A stretch of DNA of 39,764 nucleotides, taken from the NCBI GenBank assembly GCA_038733315.1, contig JAVYPJ010000001.1:1-39764 (forward strand), read 5' to 3'. The notes below the pieces were generated by a model, which made no database searches, was not told the origin of the DNA, and saw only the letters and a list, made by a program, of their open reading frames with translations. The position numbers and the translations under genes are program-made. The stretch is from Candidatus Aenigmatarchaeota archaeon. GTDB taxonomy: Archaea > Aenigmatarchaeota > Aenigmatarchaeia > CG10238-14 > SpSt-28. Shown one piece after another: positions 26,735-34,752 of the stretch (the stretch's first letter is position 1; each line of letters opens with the position of its first letter).

Positions 26735-27970
26735 ATGAGTAAGGAAGAATTATTAAAAGAAAAAGAGCAGATAGAAAATGTTCTTTCTGAAATTGAAGAG
26801 AGTTATAAAAGAGGTGAAATTAGTGAAAAGTCTTATAAGGAAGTTGTTGAAGAGAACAGAAAAAAATTGGAAGAAATAGAAAAAAAACTTAAAGGAAATG
26901 AGGAAGCTGAAAAAGAAAAAAAAGAAAAGAAAAGCAGAATAGAAGAAATTATTGAAAAGGTCTTTAAAGTTGAGAAGGAGGTTTCTGAAAAAGAAATCAA
27001 AAAAGTTCAAGATGATTTAACTAAGATTACAATGGAGTTAGAAAAAACTAAAACATTAATCGATACGCTTAAAGAAATGAAACAAACAAGCGATGAAAAA
27101 ATTATAAGAATCACAGAAAATATTGGTGAGTTGAGATCTATGTTAGTTGCGAGAGAATCTAAGGTTAGAGAGTTAGAAGCTAATGTTGAAAGAATGAAAG
27201 AAGTTATAAAGGAAATCGAGCCTGAAAAGTATATGAAAGAATTGAATAAAATAAGAAAAGAAATTGAGTTATTTAGAGCTAAGGTCGAAAAGGTTGAATA
27301 TTTAAGTGGAGAAGCTGCGAAAGCTGTTAAAGAATTGCAAATGCAATTAAAGATAATAGGAAATGTTGAAAATTTAGCAAAATTAAACAAAGAGTTGCAA
27401 GATAAATTAAAAGAAATTCAACTGATTTCACAAAAAATTGAAAATATGTCGGCTAAAATCGAATCTATATTTGTTGAGCTTAACAAAAAAATGAGAGATA
27501 TAGAAATTTTAAAGGATAAAGTCGATGCTCTATTTCAAAATTATAACGATCTTAGTAGAAATGTTAACGACGCAATTAATAAATTAGAGAATTTTGTTAC
27601 AAAAGATGAATTTAATAGCTTTAGAGATTACGTAGGTAATTTAGAAAAGCAAATAGTTGAAGCTGAAAAGAAAAAAGAGAAAAAAATAGAAGAGGAAGCA
27701 ACAAAAAGAATTAAAGAAATTGAGGAAGAAATTGATGGAATTAACTTATTAATTCAAAGTTTAGAAGAAATGTTAAATGAAGGAAAAATTTCTAAAGAAG
27801 AATATGAAAGCTTAAAAAATACGCATATTCAAAAAATTAAAAAACTAGAAGAGGAAAAGGAGAAGATATTGAATGAAAGAAAAATGAGCAAACTTGAAAT
27901 GAAATTAAGAGAATTATATGAAAGAGGAATAATAAGTGAGGAACTTTATAAAAAACTTACTAAAAAATGA
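26735..27970 (+). CDS. Coiled-coil protein (411 aa) with one N-terminal and two C-terminal SHOCT-like motifs
   Basis: E/K/L/I-rich heptad-like sequence with no TM segment. Motifs are YKRGEISEKSY, LNEGKISKEEY and YERGIISEELY. Starts 2 nt after the giant gene stop. Confidence 0.88.
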   Translation: MSKEELLKEKEQIENVLSEIEESYKRGEISEKSYKEVVEENRKKLEEIEKKLKGNEEAEKEKKEKKSRIEEIIEKVFKVEKEVSEKEIKKVQDDLTKITMELEKTKTLIDTLKEMKQTSDEKIIRITENIGELRSMLVARESKVRELEANVERMKEVIKEIEPEKYMKELNKIRKEIELFRAKVEKVEYLSGEAAKAVKELQMQLKIIGNVENLAKLNKELQDKLKEIQLISQKIENMSAKIESIFVELNKKMRDIEILKDKVDALFQNYNDLSRNVNDAINKLENFVTKDEFNSFRDYVGNLEKQIVEAEKKKEKKIEEEATKRIKEIEEEIDGINLLIQSLEEMLNEGKISKEEYESLKNTHIQKIKKLEEEKEKILNERKMSKLEMKLRELYERGIISEELYKKLTKK

Positions 27971-30900
27971 AAAAAATATTAATAATAGCTATATTTTTGT
28001 TTTTTGGTTTATTAATATCCTTTTTTATTTCAAATTTCACAGGATTTTTTGTTTATAGATATGTAGAAGATAAATGGTGGAATTCTAGTTATAATTTCAG
28101 AATTAAAATAGAAATTGATAGTAGTGATTATGTTAGAACTAACTGGCCAATAGAGATTTTTATTAATTTTACCAAAAAGTTAGAAGAATTAAATATAAGC
28201 GGAAACCTAGACTTAAATTCTTTAAGATTAGTCGAATATGATAACAACGGTAATCCAATAGGAATTATTCCGTTTCAATTCGATATAGAAGAAAATTTTA
28301 ACAAATCAAATAATGCAGCTGGAGAGCTAGTTTTCATTCTAAATGGAACAAACAATGCAAAAAGAAAATTTTATTTATATTTTGATATAGAAGAAAACGG
28401 CTTAAAAGAAAGAGTAGAATTTCAAACAAATCTTTCTTATTCCATAGAAAATAATTTAATTAAAATTAACACAACCGGATTTGTTTTTACACTAGCAAAC
28501 GCATCTAATAAATTTGGTTTTGTAAATATTGAAAGAAAAGAAGAGTTCGGCGGCTTATATATATTTTATCCCTCTGATACTCCTTTTGAATATTCAACAA
28601 CATATAATCAATCACATCAATTTTTCTATATTCCATATGATTTCGAAATTATTGAAGGTCCAATAAGATTGGGAATAAAAGTAAAAATGGTTGAAATAGA
28701 TAATTTTGGAAATATAACTGGAATAAACTATACGAAAACATATTACTTCTATAATTATGCTGGCCCAGGAAGTTTAGAAGATGTAGCTGCTAATTTAGTT
28801 AAGATTAAGCAAAATTTCTTAGGTAATGCTATAAGGTTTTCAAACTATTCTTTTGGATTCGAAGTATCTAATTTATATGGAGATCCTCAAGTAAATATTG
28901 GATTTGATGTAAATCCGAACAATCCGTACTCATATGCTTATGCATTTAGAGGTTCTTTTAGCGCCATGATAATTAACCTAAATTATTCTAATATAGAATT
29001 TTTTGCAAATAGTGATAGCGAAAGTTTTATAGGTTTTTACTTTAATGAAAATGAAATAAATAATGCTGAGCATATTGGTTTAGCTTTTTTTGGTATATTA
29101 TCTACACCAGAAGAACAAGAATATCCATATAAAATTTTATATGGATTTTCAAATCCAATAAATATCAATATTTATAGTACTGAAAATAGAGAAGTTATAT
29201 TTGGAGTTCATACTGAATTTGATATATATAATAGAGGGGAAAATGTAAAAATTTTTGCATATAACATTTCAGATCCATATAATCTTGTATCTTATGTAAT
29301 TGCAAGAATTGATAGAGGAACAGAAAATGAAAGCGATGATATAATTTTAGAATTATTCGATGATGGGCAACATAATGATAATTTACCAAATGATAAAATC
29401 TTTGGAAACAACTTTACTATTTTACCTATTGATGAAATTGGAATTTGGAAAATAAAAATTTATGTTTTCGATTCTAATAATGTATTGCTAGCAACTAATG
29501 AAACTTATTTTAATGTTACAAATATTTTGCGCGTAGAAACCAATATAATTAATAAACATGGATATGTTAATAGAATTTTACAAGCTTTAGTTAATGTAAA
29601 GAATTTTAGAGAAGATGAAAACATAACAAACGCAGAAATAAAATGTTTTGATAATGGAATTGAAAAAGAAATAGATGTATTAAATTTTAATAACGGAACT
29701 TATTTAATTTCTATTAATTCCTCTAGTAATCCAGGATATAATATTTTAAACTGTTCAGCATCATATTTAAATAACAGCGGATATGATTTCGATATATATG
29801 ATTCCACAGATGTTATAACTTACCTTTCTATAGAAGCTATTCCAAATTCATATTTTGCTGAAAACATTACATTTTATTCTAATGAGAGCTTCAAAGTAAT
29901 TATAAATGTTACTAATTTGCACATAGGTTACGCTTATGATGTTAACATAACTTTTAATACTTCAAATTCCATTGAAGTAATCCCAGAAATAGAATATTGT
30001 GATACTATTTATATCGAAGAATATTGTACGAAAGATTTTATAGTAATAATAAAAAATGCAACTTTACCAAACGTATATAATATAACTGCCATAGTAAATT
30101 GGAGGAATCATGACGAAAGCTATAGCTCTAACACAACAAATATAACTATTGAAGTAAAGAGTAATAAAATATTAGAGATTTATCCAGATGAAATTTTTAG
30201 TGTGAATCCTCCTGGAAAGGAAACATACTTAGGTAAAATAATTCTTAATTCTACTGGAAATGATTTTGTTTATAATATTTCTTTTTCTTCTAATATTACT
30301 GATTTAGAGTTTATATTTAATCCAAATATAAGTTATATAGAGCCTGGAAAAATAGTTGAAATAAATGTTAATGTTAGTATTCCCTTAGGATATCCTGCTG
30401 GAACTTATTATGGAATTATAAATGTTAGTAGTGAAATTGGATATAAGGAAATTAATTTAACTTTAAAGGTTAGCGGAACAAATGCAACAATAGAAATTTA
30501 TCCAGATTATTATTTTGCTGAAAATATTACAACTTTAACATCGGAAAGCTTTGAAGTTATAATAAATGTTACTAATATAGGAAATGTAGATGCCTTCTTT
30601 TCAAACATTTCTATAGAATTGCCAAATGACAATTTTTCTTCTAACATAACTTTTTTTGATTGTGGAAATCTATCTGCAAAAGAAAGTTGTATTATATTTG
30701 TAAAAATAAATATAAAAGAATTAACATTACCAAACATATATGAAATAATTTATTTCTTCAATTGGACTGATATAGGTTTAGAAAGTAGAAGCATAAGTAA
30801 TAAAACTATTGTTGAAGTAAAGAGTAATAAAATATTGGAAATTTATCCAGATGAATTTATAGTAAGTGCTAATCATAACGAAACTAAAAATATTGGCAAA

Positions 30901-33684
30901 ATAATTCTTAATTCTACTGGAAATGATTTTGTTTATAATATTTCTTTTTCTTCTAATATTACTGATTTAGAGTTTATATTTAATCCAAATATAAGTTATA
31001 TAGAGCCTGGAAAAATAGTTGAAATAAATGTTAATGTTAGTATTCCCTTAGGATATCCTGCTGGAACTTATTATGGAATTATAAATGTTAGTAGTGAAAT
31101 TGGATATAAGGAAATATTGCTTAACATAACTATTTTGAGAGATGGGTTTTGGATTATAGATAAGGATTATTGTGAAGCTACGTTTTATCCACCTATTGGA
31201 ATAGTCTGTGAAATAAATATAGAAAATTTGGGAAATATACCATTAAACTTTAATATTACACCAAAAGAAGTGAATTACACTTGGATTAATGTAACTGATT
31301 TTACTATTTATCCACAAACAAACTATAGTTTTGAAATTTATTACGATGTTAGAAATGCTCCATTAGAGTTTATTTATGCTACATATAATATAAGTGCTAT
31401 AGAATTGGATGCGATACCTAAGTTTAGATTAATAAACATAAGCTTAAGACCGTTTATTGGTGCAATAGCGAACTTAACTATTTTTCCAAATATAACTTCG
31501 CAATCCTCTAACATAACAATTAATGCTTCTGTATTCGATAGAAGTGGAATTGGTATGGATTATGTAATTGCAATAATACAAAAACCAGATGGTTTAACAG
31601 AGAATATAACATTAACTAAAATCTCGGAAATCAATAGAACTTCTGTTTGGATAGGAAATTTTAGTAATACTACGCTAAGCGGAAAATATTTTGTAATTTT
31701 AGAAATGAAGGATAATGCAAACATAACTACTTATGCCTATGGTAATTTTTCTGTATATAAAATTCTGTTTCCAAACGTATACACTAATAAAGATGAATAT
31801 GAAAGAGGGGAAAGCATTTCTATATATTTTAATTTAGTTGATTATGCCAATATTGGTATTGATAATGCAAGCGTAAGATTAAGAGTATTTAATCCAAGCG
31901 AGTACAAAATATTCGATGAAATATATGTAACTGAAAATGGGAAAATTCCTATAGCAGTTATTAATATACCAACTGATGCAGAATTGGGTAGCTATTCTAT
32001 TATTGCTAACGTAAGCTATTATGATGAAATCAAAAAAGATTTTTCTTATTCGAGTGATTTAAAAAGTTTCTTAGTTGTTGAAAAGCCGAAAATTTCTCTT
32101 TTTGCAGATTTAGAAACGAGTGTAGTATGGTATCCAGAAAACGTAATAAAATTTGCAATGACATTTTATGATAATAGAGGAAATCTTTTTGATCCAGATT
32201 ATGCCGAGCTAAACGTTTTTGATCCCGCAGAAAACTTATATTTTTCAAAAAATATAAGCGAATTTAAAAAAGAAAGCTTAGGTTTCTATACTCTAAAGTA
32301 TGCAATGCATCCCTATACTGCTACAGGTGCATATTTAGCTATTTTGAATTTTAGTAAAATGAATATTTCTTCAATAAAAACAAAAATGTTTAGAGTAAGT
32401 GCTGGTGGACCTTTTGACTTAAAAGTTAATCTTCTAAAAAAAGAGGTAGAAAGAGGAGATTTGCTACCTTTTGAAATTACAATAATTAACATGGGTGAGG
32501 TTAGTATGGATGTTTTTATTGAATATTATGTAACTGATAAAGATGGTAAAGTTTATTATTATTCTAGTGAATGGATTTATTCGCCGGCAGCATCAAATAA
32601 AACAATTTTAAGAAATGTTTATATATTTTCTAATCAGCCGCTAGGCTTACATTATTTAAATGTTATTATGACTTATGACAAAATTAAGCCTCCGCTATAT
32701 TCAAACGAAACATTTAATGTTATAGAAAAAGCAATTCCTCCAGCAGCTTTGCCAGCTCCTCCACCAAGCATTCCTTCTGTACCGCCACTAAAGCCAGAAA
32801 TACCAAAAAACTATAGTATAGAATTTTTATATTTTCCAAAGGAAGTTAGAGCAGTTGCCGGAGAAGAAAGAAGTTTTTTAGTTGTTATCAAAAATAATGG
32901 AAATCAGCCATTAACTAATGTCGAAGTTAAATTATTAGGAATTGATGAGAGCTGGTACAAAATAAAAAATGATTCAATAAAATTTTTTGAAGTAAATCAA
33001 ACAATAATTTTTGAAGTAATTTTGCTAATTCCAAAAAACGTAAAACAGCAAGAAATTAGAACTGCTTTCTACTTTAAGTCCTATGAATTTATAAGTTCTA
33101 AGGAAATTATCCTAAAAATATTTCCCTCTATGGAAGAAATGTTATTAGATGAGCTTAAAGAGCTAAAATCAAAATTAATAGACCTTAAATCAAAAACTTA
33201 TGAAGCAAAATTAGCTAAAAAGAATGTTACTGAAGTAGAAAAAATTATTATAAAATGTGAAGAGCTAGTTAAACTTATTGAAGATTTTATAAAATCAAAA
33301 GAATATACAGAGGCTACAATAAAAATATACGAACTAAGAGGTTTAATAGATAAGGGGTTTTATCTTTTAGAAATTGCTGAACCAATAGTTGAAATCGAAT
33401 GGCAAAAAATACTTATTATCGGAATATTAATAGTTGCTGCCATATCTGTTATAGTTATAATTATTACTTACATTTCTAGCGTTAGAAGAATTCAAAAAAT
33501 TACATACAAGGCTATTGAGAGTACTGTAGAGGAATTAAAAAAGCTTAGAGTCGAAAGAAAAAAAGAAGATGTTGAAAAATATAAGAGAATGTTAGAAATT
33601 ATTGAAAAAGAGTACAAAGAAGGAATAATTTCTAAGGAAACGTATGAAGAATTGAAGAAAAAATACGAAGAAAAAATTAAATAA
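27967..33684 (+). CDS. Large (1,905 aa) type I membrane surface glycoprotein with multiple Ig-like domains and cytoplasmic SHOCT-like tail
   Basis: Signal peptide/anchor MKKILIIAIFLFFGLLISFFISNFTGFFVY; WWNSSYNFRIKIEI (DUF2341-like, ~28075); LFDDGQHNDNLPNDKIF (choice-of-anchor X-like, ~29350); YTNKDEYERGESI (MG2-like, ~31780); Pro-rich linker ~32735-32800; TM ILIIGILIVAAISVIVIIITYI 33409..33474; tail YKEGIISKETYEELK. ATGA overlap with the upstream gene. Confidence 0.93.
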   Translation: MKKILIIAIFLFFGLLISFFISNFTGFFVYRYVEDKWWNSSYNFRIKIEIDSSDYVRTNWPIEIFINFTKKLEELNISGNLDLNSLRLVEYDNNGNPIGIIPFQFDIEENFNKSNNAAGELVFILNGTNNAKRKFYLYFDIEENGLKERVEFQTNLSYSIENNLIKINTTGFVFTLANASNKFGFVNIERKEEFGGLYIFYPSDTPFEYSTTYNQSHQFFYIPYDFEIIEGPIRLGIKVKMVEIDNFGNITGINYTKTYYFYNYAGPGSLEDVAANLVKIKQNFLGNAIRFSNYSFGFEVSNLYGDPQVNIGFDVNPNNPYSYAYAFRGSFSAMIINLNYSNIEFFANSDSESFIGFYFNENEINNAEHIGLAFFGILSTPEEQEYPYKILYGFSNPININIYSTENREVIFGVHTEFDIYNRGENVKIFAYNISDPYNLVSYVIARIDRGTENESDDIILELFDDGQHNDNLPNDKIFGNNFTILPIDEIGIWKIKIYVFDSNNVLLATNETYFNVTNILRVETNIINKHGYVNRILQALVNVKNFREDENITNAEIKCFDNGIEKEIDVLNFNNGTYLISINSSSNPGYNILNCSASYLNNSGYDFDIYDSTDVITYLSIEAIPNSYFAENITFYSNESFKVIINVTNLHIGYAYDVNITFNTSNSIEVIPEIEYCDTIYIEEYCTKDFIVIIKNATLPNVYNITAIVNWRNHDESYSSNTTNITIEVKSNKILEIYPDEIFSVNPPGKETYLGKIILNSTGNDFVYNISFSSNITDLEFIFNPNISYIEPGKIVEINVNVSIPLGYPAGTYYGIINVSSEIGYKEINLTLKVSGTNATIEIYPDYYFAENITTLTSESFEVIINVTNIGNVDAFFSNISIELPNDNFSSNITFFDCGNLSAKESCIIFVKINIKELTLPNIYEIIYFFNWTDIGLESRSISNKTIVEVKSNKILEIYPDEFIVSANHNETKNIGKIILNSTGNDFVYNISFSSNITDLEFIFNPNISYIEPGKIVEINVNVSIPLGYPAGTYYGIINVSSEIGYKEILLNITILRDGFWIIDKDYCEATFYPPIGIVCEINIENLGNIPLNFNITPKEVNYTWINVTDFTIYPQTNYSFEIYYDVRNAPLEFIYATYNISAIELDAIPKFRLINISLRPFIGAIANLTIFPNITSQSSNITINASVFDRSGIGMDYVIAIIQKPDGLTENITLTKISEINRTSVWIGNFSNTTLSGKYFVILEMKDNANITTYAYGNFSVYKILFPNVYTNKDEYERGESISIYFNLVDYANIGIDNASVRLRVFNPSEYKIFDEIYVTENGKIPIAVINIPTDAELGSYSIIANVSYYDEIKKDFSYSSDLKSFLVVEKPKISLFADLETSVVWYPENVIKFAMTFYDNRGNLFDPDYAELNVFDPAENLYFSKNISEFKKESLGFYTLKYAMHPYTATGAYLAILNFSKMNISSIKTKMFRVSAGGPFDLKVNLLKKEVERGDLLPFEITIINMGEVSMDVFIEYYVTDKDGKVYYYSSEWIYSPAASNKTILRNVYIFSNQPLGLHYLNVIMTYDKIKPPLYSNETFNVIEKAIPPAALPAPPPSIPSVPPLKPEIPKNYSIEFLYFPKEVRAVAGEERSFLVVIKNNGNQPLTNVEVKLLGIDESWYKIKNDSIKFFEVNQTIIFEVILLIPKNVKQQEIRTAFYFKSYEFISSKEIILKIFPSMEEMLLDELKELKSKLIDLKSKTYEAKLAKKNVTEVEKIIIKCEELVKLIEDFIKSKEYTEATIKIYELRGLIDKGFYLLEIAEPIVEIEWQKILIIGILIVAAISVIVIIITYISSVRRIQKITYKAIESTVEELKKLRVERKKEDVEKYKRMLEIIEKEYKEGIISKETYEELKKKYEEKIK
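30235..30452 (+). repeat. 218-bp exact direct repeat, copy 1
   Basis: Identical to 30898..31115 (offset 663 nt = 221 aa). Encodes KIILNSTGNDFVYN...SEIGYKEI. Confidence 0.96.
30898..31115 (+). repeat. 218-bp exact direct repeat, copy 2
   Basis: Identical to 30235..30452. Confidence 0.96.
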
Positions 33685-33722
33685 AGATTTTGTATAATTT
33701 ATTTAGAAATTAAAAATTATTT

Positions 33723-34490
33723 ATGGCAGAAATAATTGCTTTTTTATCAGGTAAAGGTGGTGTTGGTAAAACCACTATTGCAATTAATGTTGCTAATGTT
33801 TTGTCGACATATTTTAGAAGAAAAGTTTTAATTGTCGATACTAACTTTACTACTTCTCATTTAAGTTTAAGTTTAGGAATTTTTTATCCAGAGGGAAATC
33901 TAAATAAGGTATTAAGAGGTGAAATCGGAATTGAAGAGGCTATTCATAACTATTCCTTAGGCTTAGATTTGCTACCCTTATCTTTGTCTGTAAGGGATTT
34001 AGAAGGTATAGATATTCTAAAATTTCCGAGATTTTTAGAAGAAATTAATTATAGATATGACTTTATCCTCTTAGACGCAGCTCCGGGATTGGGAAGAGAG
34101 GCTATAATATCGATAAAAAACGCGAATAAAATTGTATATGTCGCTATACCTATAATGCAAAGTGTTGTTGATATAGTTAGAACTCAAGAAGTTGTTAGGG
34201 AGTTTGAAAAAAAGGAGTTAGGAATAATACTTAATATGGTAAGAAACAAGCCTTTTGAGATGAGAGAAAATGATATAGAGGGGTTAACAAATTTAAAAAT
34301 ATTAGGTAAGATACCCTATGATGAAAAATTTTTAATTTCAAATTCACAAAAATCGCCATATACTTTATTGTACCAGAATAATAGAGTTTACGACGAATTC
34401 CTAAAAATTTGTGGTTTGATAACCAATCAAAAAATAGAAATTAAAAGAGGTGTGCTTAGAAGAGTTGTAGAATTTTTATTTAAAAGATAA
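33723..34490 (+). CDS. minD: MinD/ParA-family ATPase, MinD-like with putative C-terminal membrane-targeting helix
   Basis: Deviant Walker A SGKGGVGKTT, VLIVDTN switch I region, YDFILLDAAPGLG Walker B/switch II, IILNMV, LGKIPYD, and amphipathic basic C-terminus RGVLRRVVEFLFKR. Confidence 0.9.
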   Translation: MAEIIAFLSGKGGVGKTTIAINVANVLSTYFRRKVLIVDTNFTTSHLSLSLGIFYPEGNLNKVLRGEIGIEEAIHNYSLGLDLLPLSLSVRDLEGIDILKFPRFLEEINYRYDFILLDAAPGLGREAIISIKNANKIVYVAIPIMQSVVDIVRTQEVVREFEKKELGIILNMVRNKPFEMRENDIEGLTNLKILGKIPYDEKFLISNSQKSPYTLLYQNNRVYDEFLKICGLITNQKIEIKRGVLRRVVEFLFKR

Positions 34491-34506
34491 AAATCATATT
34501 ATAATT

Positions 34507-34752
34507 ATGGTTTACGATATAAGTTTAACATTAATATTAGTTGTATTAGCACTATCTCTTATATTTATATTTCTGTGTATAAAAAAAAGAAGGAAAAGTT
34601 TGGAAAAAATAATAAACGAAATAGAAAACGATTTAATAGATATTAAAAGAAATCTTGAAAGGATAAAGGTTATTCTAAATACAAAAAAAGAAAGAGAAAA
34701 AACAATAAATAGAATTGAAAAAAGAAGACATGCCAGAAAAAGGAGCGTTTGA
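34507..34752 (+). CDS. Small single-pass membrane protein with short cytoplasmic coiled coil (81 aa)
   Basis: N-terminal hydrophobic helix ISLTLILVVLALSLIFIFLCI, then KKRRK and a heptad-like segment. Fills the gap between minD and the next gene. Confidence 0.75.
   Translation: MVYDISLTLILVVLALSLIFIFLCIKKRRKSLEKIINEIENDLIDIKRNLERIKVILNTKKEREKTINRIEKRRHARKRSV

Noticed and set aside
33685..33722. Internal promoter before minD (TATAATTT/TTTATTTA about 20-30 nt upstream of the ATG)
   Set aside because: The spacing is plausible, but such words are expected by chance at this AT content. It cannot be supported without transcript data.
34715..34717. TTG start for the 826-aa ORF
   Set aside because: An in-frame ATG 15 nt downstream gives a shorter overlap with the upstream gene and is more plausible, though not proven.
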